Made by a program: the position numbers and the translations under genes. This document shows positions 24,976 through 38,935 of a stretch of DNA of 64,000 bases, in pieces (positions within the stretch are counted from its first letter, which is position 1; each line of letters begins with the position of its first letter). The stretch lies in contig OZ024744.1 of NCBI GenBank assembly GCA_964016885.1, positions 80,910,001 to 80,974,000 of the forward strand. Reading direction: 5' to 3'. This DNA is from Eledone cirrhosa. Lineage: Eukaryota. Below the pieces are notes generated by a model. That model ran no database searches. It was not told where the DNA came from and worked only from the letters and a program-made list of their open reading frames with translations.

Positions 24976-25060
24976 CACACACTCTATAGCACTCAATCAC
25001 ACCAATTCAATACTGATTTGGTCTGTAACAACCCATCCAACTCTTTCTAGTGTACATTAA

Positions 25061-25298
25061 ATGATGATGATGATGATGACAAACACGATATCAATGACGA
25101 TGATGATGATGACGACAACAATTATGATGATGATGATGACAATGATGATGAGGATGACGATGATGTTGATGTTGATGATGATGATGATCATGATGATGAT
25201 CATGATGATGATCATGATGATGATCATGATGATCCTGATGATGACGATGATGGTGATGATGATGATGATGATGATGATGATGACGACGATGACAACGG

Positions 25299-25331
<33 letters not shown>

Positions 25332-25523
25332 CAATGACAACGTTGATGATGATGATGATGATGACGACGACAATGACAACGGTGATGATGATGATGATGA
25401 TGATGACGACAATGACAACGGTGATGATGATGATGATGATGACGACAATGACAACGGTGATGATGATGATGATGATGACGACAATGACAACGGTGATGAT
25501 GATGATGATGGTGATGATGATGA
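25061..25523. repeat. (ATG)n microsatellite with higher-order GACGACAATGACAACGGT interruptions
   Basis: Directly visible. Confidence 0.95.
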
Positions 25524-25696
25524 AATAATTAATGATTCTTTCCCATATTTCTTTTAGATGTAGTAATTGAAAATGTTCATTACATGAGACAATTATATAG
25601 TGGGGTTTATCTGAAATAGTGTGAGAACGCTGCTCCCCTTCCCCATAAATTAAGAGAACATCACTCACACATCTTCCCACAGTACTGCACCACTCA

Positions 25697-25897
25697 TAAT
25701 AAAAATAATAACAATAATAATAATTGTTTCTACTTTTGGCACAAGGCCAGCAATTTTTTTCCAGTGTATTACTGGTACTTTATTTTATCGACCCCGTAAG
25801 GATGAAAGGCAAAGTTAACCTCGGCGGGATTTGAACTCAGAACGTAAAGGGCCATAACTTTATGCTGCAAAGCAGGGTGTCAGATACTCTACCACCC
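25697..25897 (-). mobile_element. tRNA-derived SINE with (TTA)n tail, abutting the 3' tail of Tx1 copy D
   Basis: Homologous to 5101-5290. Confidence 0.85.
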
Positions 25898-25954
<57 letters not shown>

Positions 25955-26212
25955 TTTCTTTATTAACCACAAGGGTTTACATAAAGTAGACATTAAGGAC
26001 AGTGCAGGACAATGCAGGACGGTACAAAACGGTACAAATGGGCATTTCTGCGTGTAAAAAACAAAAACAGAGGATGTAACAAAAAATAACAATGAAAAAT
26101 TCCCCAATAGGGGGGAGACTTCGGAGGGACATTTGTGGAGAAAGCCCAGTAAAAAGCCACAATGACCCTGACCACCAAGGCAAGTGCCCTCTCCCAGTTT
26201 TCCACCTTTAAT

Positions 26213-29200
26213 TTACAGATATATACTCAGAGTCGGCCCATTCACTCGGGCCATTCTTGCTTCTCTCACCCATCTTTCAACAAAATGCTGGGAAGAGAGC
26301 ACTTCCCTCTCTACTCTGATTTTCCTTTTCAAATGAAATTTGAAAAAGTCAATCAGAGCATCACCGAAGAGGTAAGTGCTCGTCTTCAGCCCTTTCAAAC
26401 GTGTCCACCATACTATCTCTTTCGCCATGGCCACCAGGCAGATAAAAACTGCCTGCCCTTCCCGGCTAAAGGAGGAGGGCGGGGCAATCCTCACGATGGA
26501 CTCAGATGATAGCCGGATCCGTCCTAAACGCGACAGCAGGTGTTCGACATAAACCCACAAGTCAGCAATTTTCGGACACTGGACGAGTGCGTGCAGGACG
26601 GTTTCGTCGCCCTGCGCGCATCTCGGACATGCCCGGCTGACGGCACCTCCATGCCTGTAGAGTTTATCCCGAACTGGCAAGGCTCCTCGGTAGCACTGCC
26701 AGGCCAGAGATTTCTGGAAGTTGTCCATAGGCCCTGGCCCGAAAGTTCTTCCGAAGAGATTGGCTAGTTGATTTTCGTCGACGCCTAGAGTTTCCCCAAG
26801 TACGTCGTCGCTCTTCCCCTCCACTAATCCTCTATAGAACGCCGAGGTGGAGTTTCCACCGATCACATTGCCCGATTGGTCGAGGGCTGTGAGCGCCTGA
26901 AGACATTCCAGTCTCCAGGCGCTCCCTCTCGGTCTTCGCTTGACCCAGGACTGCAGCTCCGTCAAGGAAACGAGCTAGGGAAACACGCGTCTAGCAAACG
27001 GCGACCACACCTGATCACCGTCGAGGAAGAGGTGGAGATGTCGTAGCCTGAGCGCGTGCCTGCGCATCATCAGCCACGGCATGCCCAGCCCTCCACGTAG
27101 CGGGTGTTGACAACAGATGGACCGCCTGACCATCGGAGCGCGTCCCTTCCACAAAAAGCGAAAGAGCAAACGCTCCAGCACAGTCAGGCGAGGCTTAGGA
27201 CAAGGTACGACGGTCAGGCGGTAGTAGATGATGGATGCGATGTACACATTCGCCATCTCCGCTCAACCTTTCAGGGATAGCTTCCTCTCGGCCCATTTCT
27301 GGGTGAGAGAAGCCACCCTGCTCGTCACCTCGTCCCAGTTTTTGTCCGTCTGGAGGTCCGGACTGAACCAGACCCCTAGCAATTTAACCGGTCCGTCCGT
27401 CCAGCGTCCGACGACGCTGTTGGACGGCATGGACCTGCCTCTCCAGGTGCCGAGCTGCAGGCCCACTGACTTTTCCTGGTTGATCATTGCTCCTGTCACC
27501 GCTTCGTATTCTCTTAGTGTAGTGCCGATCGCCTCGATGTGTTTGGCGTTCGACACCACTACGGTGACATCGTCCGCATATGCTGATACGGATCTTCCGC
27601 ATCCTAGTTCGCGCGGGACCCCCCTCAACGTCTCCAGTTTGTGCAGTAATGGCTCGAGAGTCAATACGTACAAGAGGGACGAGAGGGGACAACCTTGGCG
27701 GACCGAGCGCATGATGTTGAACGGTTCCGACAGGTGACCGTTCACTCTCACCACAGAGCAGATGTCGCTGTGCATGGCAGCGATCCAGCCTCTGAAGACG
27801 GGCCCAAAGCCAGCCGCCCTCAGGACTGCCGCTAGGTAACGATGGTCGACCCTATCGAAAGCTTTCGACTGATCTAAATTGATCAAAGACCCACCCGTGC
27901 CAGGTTCCCTAGCTACCCTCTCTACGATGTATCGCATGAGGTGGAGGTTGTCGTGGATGGATCTGTCGGGAATGGCGCATATCTGCGCCTCTCCCACCAG
28001 ACCACCAACGACAAGCGCCAACCTCTTTGCTAGCACCTTGGCCAATATCTTAAACTCTGTGTTTAGCAGAGTTATGGGCCGGAAATTGTCTATGTTATCC
28101 CCCTTGTTCGGATCCTTTCTCAGCAGTGCCACCGCTCCTCGGCTCACAGAACTGGGAATTCTCCCGTTCTGTTGCCAGTTGCAGTAGACGTCCGCCAAGA
28201 GGCCTCCGAACAAGTCTGGCATCTGTACGTAAAGTTCATAGGGCAGACCATCCAAACCAGGCGATTTACCCCTTGTGCAGCCAGTCATTGCCTCCCTTAC
28301 TTCAGCGGCTGTTATCGGCTTTTCGCAACACTTCGCCTCAGTGGCCGAGAGCCGCGGCAGTCCGTCGAGGTAGACACTAAAGTCCATCCCTCTACCCGGC
28401 CCCCCGCTGCCCCCGAACAGCTGAGCGAAGTGTCGCTGAAAAGCTTCACACATTTGCCCGGGATCGAGTAGCATGCGCCCGTCGTGGTCCACCAAAGACC
28501 GGATCGTGGCTTTGTTGCCACAACGCGCCTCCGCCACTCGGGCCCATTGAACGGCTTTCGTCCCCTCGTGTCTGAGAGCACGCACCCTAGCTCTGACAAC
28601 GCAGCCTTCGTGCTTTGCATTGAAGAATTGGTCAAGGGCCAATTTCGCCGCAAGCACGTCGGTCGCAATGCCTTTGCTAAGTGCCTCGTCTAATTTTTTA
28701 ACTAGTTCTCCCTCTGCTCTATTTTTCTCTATTGCTAAAGCCTTACTAAACCTAATCGATTCTATTCTAATCGCTCTTTTCAGAGCAAACCACCACTTGT
28801 TGTTGACGATGGCCCCCGTCAACGCCCGCTTAACTAGTTCGCTAATCCGGTCTCTGTAGGCCTTGCGCGCTGGTAAGGACGCGTTTAGCTTCCAGTAGCC
28901 GGGTCCTCGTCTATGAAGCCTATCTAAGTCAAGCACACAGGTCACAAATTTGTGGTCCGTGTAGGTGACTATCTTGAATTGTGGACAGCCTATGCTAGAC
29001 CTATCTATTTCCCTACAAAATACTCTATCTAGATATGATTTGGATGACCCTATGCGGTTTGTCCAAGTCCACATTGGCACATTCGGGAAATCCAATCGGT
29101 ACCTGTCAGACAGTTCAAAACGCCTGAGCAGGTTGGTGAGGCTCTTGCACCCTCCACCCTTATCCGCTAATCCCACACAGTCCCAGCGTGCATCTAAGAT

Positions 29201-29632
29201 CCCGTTCCAGTCGCCCACTAACACTAAAGAGCGGGACGTTCCAAGAAAGGTCTCCAGACGCCGGAAGAAATCAGGCCGCCCTGCTCCTGTCGGGGCATAG
29301 ACGGCCACTAGCCTGAAAGCTTGCCCGTCTCCGCTGGTCACGTCCAGCACCGCCAGCTTACCCTCTGGGTCCAGGAAGATGGCCCGTATGGCGAGATCCA
29401 AACCTCTCCGAAAAAGCACAGCAACTCCTCCACCCGATCCAGGACGGCTGGGAGATGCGTACACATCGTAGCCGCCGAAGATCGGTGCGAAGGCCCGTGC
29501 TTCGGAGATTCTGGTCTCGCTGATGGCCACTACATCTATGTTTAGTGACCTGAGGTCGTTGAGCAGGTGACCCTGCTTCCATGACGACCCCAAGCCACGC
29601 GCATTTATGCTGCCTATTCTGAGTGAGGTCAT
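26213..29632 (-). pseudogene. Tx1 ORF2 of copy D with two nonsense changes (CGA>TGA at 27263-27265, CAG>TAG at 26975-26977)
   Basis: ORFs 27263..29632, 26975..27256 and 26213..26965 share one frame. Confidence 0.92.
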
Positions 29633-29667
29633 GTTTAAAATAGAGTGGAAAAGATGGGAAAGACCAC

Positions 29668-31747
29668 TTACCGTACTTTTGGTAGAGGAGGGATGGTTTT
29701 TACATCCCTTTTCACTTGATCGTCTGGTGAAGGGACCGTTGAATCGTCCCTTCGGCTGGTCGTCGGCTCTTCTAAGAGAATGTCTGAGTATACTCTTCGA
29801 TTGATGGTTCCTCCTAGGTCCCTGAAATCACCAACTGCGTTGGGGAATTTCGTTTTAATGTTTGTGTATTGTTTCTGTGCTATTTTTAGCAGTCTTATGT
29901 TAGTTGGCGTTTTGATTGGTGCTGGTATTATGTAGTCCTGTTGTGAAATGTCTGTGTGTTCAATTATGTAAGTCATTAGTTTCTTGTTGTGTGTATTTAT
30001 TGCCGTGCATTTGTTTTTCTGGGGGTGGGGTGTGGTTCTACTATTTTCTTGTCGTTGTTGCTGGGTGTGTGTGTTTTGTTGTTGTGTTTGCGATGTTGGT
30101 GCTTGTGGTGGTGGTGTTAAAGGTGTTGTTGGCGGTGGTGATGGTGGTGCTAGTGTGGGTGGTGATGGTGTTGGTGTTGTTGCTGCTGTGGGTCTCTTTG
30201 CAGTAGACTTTACCCTTTTCTCATTTCTTTCCTCCCTTTTCAAAGGCGACGATGCGCTGCTTCTGCGTTTGTGCCTTCTTACGACCTTTTGCCATCCCTC
30301 TCCCACCTCACACTCCATGTCTGATTCTGTGAGGTCGGGGAAGGGTACCAGCTCCACTCTTTCACTTGTTGTTGGTGATGTTTGCACTGGAGTCTCTGTT
30401 GCAGCTGCATTTGGTATTGCTGTTGTTGTTGTTAATATTTCCACTGCTGCTGCTGTTTTTGATTTCCGTGGAGTGGGTATGGGTGCCACGGACCTATCGT
30501 TCCTGGTTGCCGCTTGTCCTGTTGCTGGTAGCCGTGGAGCCGGATTCGGAAGGAGGGGGGTTTTCTCCTTTCTCAGGGTCTTCTCGTTGCAGAAGGCCCT
30601 GAGGTGAGTCTTCGATCCACAGCGAAAGCATTTCGGGCGTTTGCCCTCAACACTTATGGGCAGTTGAGTGCCGTTATCGAAGTCTATCACATCCGGGATA
30701 GCTTCAATGCACTCCTGGTTGGTTTGGATTAGCATCTCAATGGAGGAGCCGACCCAATCTTCTCTTACTTTTTTCTGTACTTGCAGTACAGTTGTTTTGT
30801 CCTCGATTCCGACGAGGACAGACGCGGCCAGCCAAGAAGGGGTCATTCCGGGGGGGGACGTGGGTCAGTTTGACCCTCACAATTTTTTGCCCGCAGTAGG
30901 AGGGCACCAACACCATTTCCTCGCTCCTTAGGGTCACTACTGATTGGGCCTTTGCCTCCTGGGGTGTGGCAAAAAGTACGTCTACGGTGGCATATTTTTT
31001 GCCTCGGGTGATGTGCGTTTTCTGCTGCCACACAGACCCCAAGGCTTTTTGTATTTGGGCCTCTGTGGCTCTTTCCACCCTACGGGATTTTGTACTTACT
31101 GTACGGTACGTGACCGTACAGTGCTCTTGGGTTTCGAAAAATTTTTCCGCTGCCTTGCAGATTGCTCGGTGTCCATTCTTTGTAACCATCTTCTTCGCTT
31201 CCTCTAATTCCTCATTTGTTATGAGGATTGTTTCCAAGTTTTTCGCAATACCTGCAAATGAGATTGGTTTTTCTCTGCTGTTGTTGTTGTCGTCAGAGCT
31301 GCTGGTACTTTTGTTGTTGCTGCAGGTACTACGACTACTGCCTCCGCCGCTGTTGCTGTGGTTGTTGTTGGTGTTGCTGCTGCTAATGCTGTTGTTGTTT
31401 ATGCTGCTGGTGATGCTGTTGCGGCTGCTACTGTTGTTTTCATTGTCACTGTTGCTGTTGTTATTACGGCTGCTACTGCTATTATTCCTGACGTCAGACG
31501 AATGAACTGGGTTTTCGTATTTCCCGCACACCTGTTTCGTCGCTGTCGTCGTCGTCGTGGAGAAACCTTGCACGCTTTGCACGAGACTTTTCTTTTCTTT
31601 CGTCACTTGCGAAAGAGAAGGGAGGGAGAGAGACACATTTAAAGAAGGGAGGGAGAGAGACAATCTTCTCTCTGCTGTAGTGATGATTGAGGAAGAAGAA
31701 GACGGAATGAGTGGGAGTGACGTATGAAATTTCTTTTTCGTAGCCAT
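29668..31747 (-). CDS. Tx1 ORF1 of copy D (ORF1a plus intact ORF1b, +1 break at the C8 run ~30850-30857)
   Basis: No internal stops; zinc knuckle CFRCGSKTHLRAFC. Confidence 0.75.
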
Positions 31748-31983
31748 GTTGTTTTTTGTTTAAAATGAATATTGGGTACAAAACCCCAATAACTGGTTAT
31801 TTAACCCCGAAGGGCCAAATAACGGACAGAAAGACCCCTCTCACGAGGAGGAGGGTGTCTTTATCAACAATTTGGTTCAAGTTTTAAACAATTTACAATT
31901 GTTTTAACGGTTAAAAATTACTATACCTTACAGAGCCGAGCCTCCGTCAACCATGGCATTCAATAATAATAATAATAATAATA

Positions 31984-34900
31984 AAAGCACATAGAAACAT
32001 ATATATATATAAACAATAAAAATGAAAATTGAAACAATGAAAAATTCCCCAATAGGGGGGGAAACCTCCGAGGGTTACTCGTGGCGAAAATCACACAAAA
32101 AGACCACGGCCACCCTGACCACCAGGGCAAGTGCCCTCTCTCAATTTTTCCATTTCTCAAACTACAGGCGTATATTCAGAGCAGTCCCGTTCACTCGGAC
32201 CATTCTCCCTACATTCACCCACCTTTCAACAAACTTGCTAGAAGGCAGCACTTGCCTCTCCACCCTGATTTTCCTCTTCAAGTGAAACTTGAAAAAGTTA
32301 ATTAGGGATTCGCCGAAGAGGAAAGTATCTATCTTTAACCCTTTCAACCTTGTCCACCACACAATCTCTTTCGCCATGGCCACCAGGCAGATGAAAACCA
32401 CCTGCCCTTCCTCCTCGAAGGAAGACGGCAAGACCATCTGCACAATGGACTCAGTCGACAATCGGATCAGTCCTACACGGGACAGCAACTGTTCGACATA
32501 GCTGTACAAGTCAGCAATGCTCGGACACTGAACGAGTGCATGCACGACGATTTCGTTGCTCTGCGCACATCTCGGACAGGCTCGGCTGATGGCACTTCTG
32601 TGCCTGTAGAGCTTATCTCGAACCGGCAACGCTCCCTGGTAGCACTGCCAGGCCAGGGATTTTTGGAAGTTATCCATAGGCCCTGGCTGAAAGTTCTCCA
32701 GAAGAGAGCAAACAGCTGATCTTCTCTGACGCCCAGGATCTCTCCGAGAACGTCGTCGCTCTTCCCCTCCACTAGTCCTCTATAGAACGCCGAGGTGGAT
32801 GTTCCACCAATACTGGTGCCAAGCTGGCAGAGTGCAGTGAGCGCCTGGAGACATTCCAGTTTCCAAGCGCTATCCCTCGGTCTTTTCCTAACCCAGGACT
32901 GCAGCTCCGTCAAGGAGACGAGCTGTGGGAAAACGTGCCTGGCGAACGGCAACCACACCCGTTCACCGTCAAGGAAGCACCAGAGATGTCGCAGCCTCAG
33001 TGCTTGTTTGCGCATCATCAGCCATGGCATGCCCAGTCCTCTACGCAACGGGTGTTGACAGCAGATGGATCGTCTGACTATGGGAGCGCGACCCTTCCAC
33101 AAAAAGCGGAAGAGGAAGCGCTCCATTTTGGTGAAAGTTGGGCCGGGGCAAGGGACGACGGTGAGGCGGTAGCAGATGATGGATGCGATGTATGCATTCG
33201 CCACCTCCGCCCGGCCTTTCAGGGACAGCTTCCTCTTGGCCCATTTCTGGGTGAGGGAGGCCACTTTGCTCATCACCTCGCTCCAGTTTTTCTCCATCTG
33301 GAGGTCCGGTCCGAACCAGACCCCGGGCATCTGGACGTGTCTGGTGCTTGACACCACCACGGTGACGTCGTCGGCGTAAGCCGACTAGGATTTCCCACAT
33401 CCTAGTTCGCATGGGACGACCCTCATCGCCCCCAGTTTGTGCAGTAACGGCTTGAGAGCTAATACGTACAAGAGGGATGAGAGGGGACAACCCTGGCGGA
33501 CCGAGCGCATGATGCTGAACGGCTGCGACAGGTGACCGTTCACCCTCACAACTGAGCAGATGTCGCTGTACATCGCAGCGATCCAACCCCTGAAAACGGG
33601 CCCGAAACCGGCTGCCTCAAGGACCGCCGCCATGTACCGATGGTCGACCCTATCGAATGCTTTGGATTGATCCAAGTTGATCAGGGCCCCACCCATGCCA
33701 GGTTCCTTAACCACCCTCTCTATTGTGTATCGCATGAGGTGGAGGTTGTCGTGTATGGATCTGTCCGGAATGGTGCATGTCTGCGCCTCTCCCACCAGAC
33801 CCTTGACGACTAGCGCCAACCTCGTTGCTGACACCTTGGCCAAAATCTTGAACTCTGCGTTTAGCAGAGTTATGGGCCTGAAATTATCGATAACATCCCC
33901 CTTGTTCGGGCCTTTTCTCAGCAGCGCCACCGCTCCCTGGCTCACAAAACTGGGAATGCTCCCATTCTGCTGCCAGTTGCAGTAGACGTCTGCCAAGAGG
34001 TCACCGAGCAAGTCTGGCATAAATGCATAAAGCTTGTAGGGCAGACCATCCAAACCTGGCGATTTACCCCTCGTGCAGTTAGCCATCGCTTCCCGTATTT
34101 CACCGGCTGTTATTGGCTTTTCGGAACACTGTGCTGCCATTGTCGAAAGCCGAGGCAGTCCGTCGAAGTATGCACTGAAGTCCGTACCCCGATTCGGCTC
34201 GCTGCTGCTCCCGAACAGTTCAGCAAAGTGCTGCTGAAAAGCTTCACACATCTGCTCGGGTTCGAGCAGCACGCGCCCGTTTTGGTCAGATAAAGACTGA
34301 ATTGTGGCTTTGTTGCCATGTCGCGCCTCTGCCATCCGGGCCCATTGTATGGCTTTTGTCCCCTCGTGTTTCACAGCACGCGCTCTAGCTCTGACAACGC
34401 AGCCTTCGTGTTTTGCATTGAAGAATTGGTCGAGTGCCAACGTCGCTGCAAGCATGTTGGTTGCGATGCCTGTCCTAAACGCCTCTTCTAGCTTTTTGAT
34501 TAGCTCTCCCTCTACTCTATTTTCCTCTATAACTAGTCCTTTGCTAAACCTAATCGACTCTACTTTAATTGCCCTTTTCAGGGTGAACTGCCACCTGTTG
34601 TTGACAACTGCTCCCGTCAACGCCGGCTTAACTAATATGCTAATCCGGTCTCTGTAGGCTTTACGCGCCGGGAAAGACGCGTTCAGCTTCCAGAAACCGG
34701 GTCCATATCTATGAAGTCTGTCTATGTCGATCTCACAGATCACAGATTTGTGGTCTGTGTAGTCGACTATTTTAGATTGTGGACAACTTATACTAGCCTT
34801 ATCTAGTTCTCTGCAGAATACCCTATCGAGATACGATCTGGATGACCCGATGCAGTTTGTCCATGTCCACATTGGCACATTCGGGTGATCCAGTCGATAC

Positions 34901-36835
34901 CTGTCAGACAGTTCAAAACGTCTGAGCAGGTTGGTGAGGCTCTTGCACCCTCCTCCCCTATCCACTAGCCCCACACAATCCCAGCGTCCATCCAAGATAC
35001 CGTTCCAGTCACCCACTAACACTAAAGAGCGGGACGTTCCCAGAAAGATCTCTAGACGTCTGAAGAAATCTGGCCGTCCTGTCCCTGTCGGGGCATACAT
35101 GGCTACTAGCCTGAAAGCGTTGCCTTCGGTGCCGCTTACGTCCAGCACCACCGACTTACCTTCTGGGTACAGGAAGATGGTCCGTATGGCGAGACCCAAG
35201 CCTTTCCAAAACAACACAGCCACTCCACCCCCTGCTCCTGGACGGCTTGGAGATGCGTGCACCTCATAACCATCGAAGATCGGTGCGAAAGCTTGCGTTT
35301 TGGAGATTCTCGTCTCGCTGATGGCCACGACATCTATGTTTAGTGATCTGAGGTCGTTAAGCAAGTAACCCTGCTTCCAAACCAAGCTCAAGTCGTGCTG
35401 TGAAATGTCTGTGTGTTCAATTATGCAAGTCATTAGTTTCTTGTTCTGTGTATTTATTGCTGTGCATTTCTTTTTCTGGGGTTGGGGTGTGGTTCTGCTA
35501 TTTTCTTGTCGTTGTTGCTGGGTGTGTGTTTTGTTGTTGTGTTTGCGATGTTGGTGCTTGTGGTGTTGTTGTTGTTGGCGGTGGGGTTGCCGCCGGTGGT
35601 GATGGTAGTGCTATTGTGGGTGGTGATGGTGTTGGTGCTGCTGCTGCTGTAAGTCTCTTTGCAGTAGCCTTCACTCTTTTTTCAACTCTTCCTTCCCTTT
35701 TCGAAGGCGACGATGCAGTGCTTCTGCGTTTGTGCCCTCTTGCGACCTTTTTCCATCCCTCTCCCACCTCACACTCCATGTCCAATTCTGTGAGGTCGGG
35801 GAGGGGTACCAGCTCCACTCTTTCACTTGTTCTTGTTGGTGATGGTTGCAGTGGAGTCTCTGTTGCAGCTGCAGTTGGTATTACTGTTGTTGTTGTTAAT
35901 ACTTCCACTGCTGCTGCTCTTCTTGATTTCCGTGGCGTGGGTATGGGTGCCACGGACCCATCCTTCCTGCTTGCCGCCTGTCCTGTTGCTGGTAGCAGTG
36001 GAGCCGGTTTCGAAAGGAGGGGGGTTTCTCCTTTCTCAGGGTCTTCTCATTGCAGAAAGCCCTGAGGTGAGTCTTCGACCCACAGCAAAAGCATTTTGGG
36101 CATTTGCCCTCAACACTTATGGGAAGTTGAGTGCCGTTATCGAAGTCTATCACATCCGGGATAGCTTCGATGCACTCCTGGTTGGTTTGAATTAACATTT
36201 CAATGGAGGCGCCGACCCAATCTTATCGTACTTTTTTCTGTACTTGCAGTACAGTTGTTTTGTCCTCGATTCCGATGAGGGCAGACGCAGCCAGCCAAAA
36301 AGGAGCCATCCTGGGGAGGGTGGGAGGACTTGTGTCAGTTTGACCCTCACAACTTTTTGCCTGCAGTAGGAGGGCACCAACACCATTTCCTCGCTCCATA
36401 GGGTCACTAAGGATTGAGCCTTTGCCTCCTGGGGTGTGGCAAAAAGCACGTCCACGGTGGCATATTTCTTGCCTCGGGTGATGTGCGTTTTCTGCTGCCA
36501 CACAGACCCTAAGGCTTTTTGTATTTGAGCCTCTGTGGCTCTTTCAACCCTACATGATTTTGTGCTTACTGTTCGGTACATGACCGTACAGCGCTGTTGG
36601 GTTTCGAAAAATTCTTCGGCTGCCTTGCAGATTGCTCGGTGTCCGGTTTTCCTCACCATCTTCTTTGCTTCCTGTAATTCCTCATTTGTTATAAGGATGG
36701 TTTCCAGGTTCTTTGCGATACCTGCAACTGAGATTGGTTTTTCTTTCTTGTTGTTGTTGTTGTTGTCGTTAGAGCTGCTGTTACTTTTGTTGTTGCTGCT
36801 GGTACTACGACCGCCGCCACCGCTGTTGCTGTTGT

Positions 36836-36867
<32 letters not shown>

Positions 36868-37453
36868 TTGCTGCTGCAGTTGTTGTTTTTGCTGCTGCTG
36901 CTGATGTTGCGGCTGCTACTAGTATTTTCCTCGCCACTGTTGCTGCTGATGCTATTCTTCATGACGTCAGATGAATGAAATGGCTTTCCGTATTTACCGC
37001 ACACATCTTTCGTCATCGTCGTCATGGAGAAATGTTCCACGGTACGCGTGTTCTCTTGATGAAGAACGCTACGAGAAACTACACTTTTCTTTTTCTTTAA
37101 TGGTGTCGCTTGCGACAGAGGCGACACCACATTTAGAGAAGGGAGGGAGAGAGACATCTTTTCTCTGACGTAATGACGATTGGGGAAGAAGACAGAAAGA
37201 GTGGGAGTGACTTGTGAAAATTCTTTTTTGTAGCCATGTTTTTTTACGGTTTAAAATGAATATTGGGCAAAAATCCCCAATAACTAGATATTTAACCCTG
37301 AAAGGGCCAAATAACGGGCAGAAAGACCCCTCTCACGAGGAGGCGGGTGTCTTTATCTACAATTTGGTTCAAGTTTTAAACAATTTACAATTGTTATAAC
37401 GGCTAAAAATTACAATACCTTACAGAGCCGAACCTCCGTCAACCATGGCATTC
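31984..37453 (-). mobile_element. Tx1-clade LINE copy E: older, more diverged, with frameshifts and internal deletions
   Basis: Same 5' end. A deletion at ~35390 fuses the ORF1 C-terminal part to ORF2 (ORF 33385..35433). Second deletion at ~33330. The 3' UTR lacks the standard terminus. Confidence 0.92.
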
Positions 37454-37651
37454 AATAATAATAATAATAATAATTGTTTCTACTTTTGCCACAAGGCCAG
37501 CAATTTCCCCAGTGCAGTACTGGTACTTTATTTTATCAACCCCGTAAGGATGAAAAGCAAAGCTAACCTCAGTGGAATTTAAACTCAGAACGTAAAGGGC
37601 CATAACTCTATACTGCAAAGCATAGTGTCTGACGCTCTACCGATACTGACA
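37454..37651 (-). mobile_element. tRNA-derived SINE whose (TTA)n tail abuts the 5' end of Tx1 copy E
   Basis: Homologous to 5101-5290. Confidence 0.85.
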
Positions 37652-37800
37652 AAATAATAATAATGTTTTCTTTATTAACCACAAGGGTTAGCACAAAGCA
37701 TAACAGTAATGATAACACAGGATGGTACACATGGGCGTTTCTGCTTGTAAAAACAAATACATAAAACAAAGACAAAGGATGTAACCAAAAAAAAAAATAA
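37652..37800 (-). mobile_element. Tx1 3' UTR-only fragment (copy F) with (TTA)n tail
   Basis: Minus strand GCAGAAACGCCCATGTGTACCATCCTG...CCCTTGTGGTTAATAAAGAAAACATTATT. Confidence 0.85.
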
Positions 37801-38129
37801 TAATAATATATAAAAAAATATTATATAATATATAATAATATATAAATCATGATGATATTTTAGAGAAAATAAAATAAATTAACAATTACATCATGAAAAC
37901 GTTTTACTGTCCTTCTATGACCTGGTCACTGAAATAATTATTTTATGACTAGGTTACAGAAGTAAGACAAAACTTTTTTGACATTCTGTAATTCATTATT
38001 CTATTAAGAAATATGCAATTGTGAAATGTTTATGTTTTTTAAATTTATATCCTTTTGCCTGAAACTGGCTTTTCTATGATATAAAACTGCTGGTTTTAAA
38101 TTCATTTTTCTTAAATCTAAAAACCTTCT

Positions 38130-38620
38130 TCAGTTAGCCGCTCTCCAGCCATCTATTTAAAGCTGTATACAGCTATGGTACGACCACACTTGGAATTCGC
38201 ATCATCAGTCTGGAACCCCTATCTTGCTCAGAACATTGACCTCCTGGAAACTGTTCAGAGACGTGCAACCATGCGCATACCCTCCATCAGACACCTACCA
38301 TACTCTGAACGCCTTGCTTCCCTGGGCATGGATTCATTGAAGCTCCAACGTCTGGCAATGGACTTGGTAAACACCCACAAAGTTATTAACCATCTCGCCA
38401 ACAACAACCCTGAGCACCTCTTTGATCTCCATGTGTCTAACACGTGGACATGCCTACAAAGTCAGAAAACAGCACAGCTCCCATGACTTTCGGAAACATT
38501 TTTTCACACTTAGAGTTGCTGAAGCATGGAACAAACTGCCTGGGTCAGTTGTTAGCTGCTGAGACACTGCATCCTTTAAAACTCTCATGCTTCCCGAAAT
38601 TCGCCAAAACTACACCTGAT
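38130..38620 (+). mobile_element. CR1-clade LINE 3' fragment
   Basis: MVRPHLEFASSVWNPY...LETVQRRAT...LPYSERL; downstream frame RKHFFTLRVAEAWNKLP. Confidence 0.88.
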
Positions 38621-38935
38621 GTCCTCCTTCCATACACATGCACACATATGTCTATCATGACTCATGCACTGTTCATTTTCCTGATGTTTGTACATTACCC
38701 TATGCATACATACACTTTTGATAACTATCTTTATAAAACCATATTTATTTTATTATCAAGGGTACCAACATGTTTGGTACGCTCTCATCAGATAAAAAAC
38801 AAAAGTTGTTTTAGAGATAGTGACATATCCCAAAACAAGAACTTATCGTTTTAAGTTCTGTTTGTATATATATATATATATATATAAGTTAAAACAATGA
38901 AATAAAAAATCAAGTCATTAGAGATATACTTCACT

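Larger units (their letters stand above)
25953..31961 (-). mobile_element. Tx1-clade LINE copy D, full length, (TTA)n on both sides, very similar to copy B
   Basis: ORF1a 31747..30737, ORF1b 30846..29668, ORF2 29632..26213; tail 25899-25952. Confidence 0.95.

Noticed and set aside
25057-25680. Poly-M/I/S ORFs
   Set aside because: Products of the (ATG)n tract.
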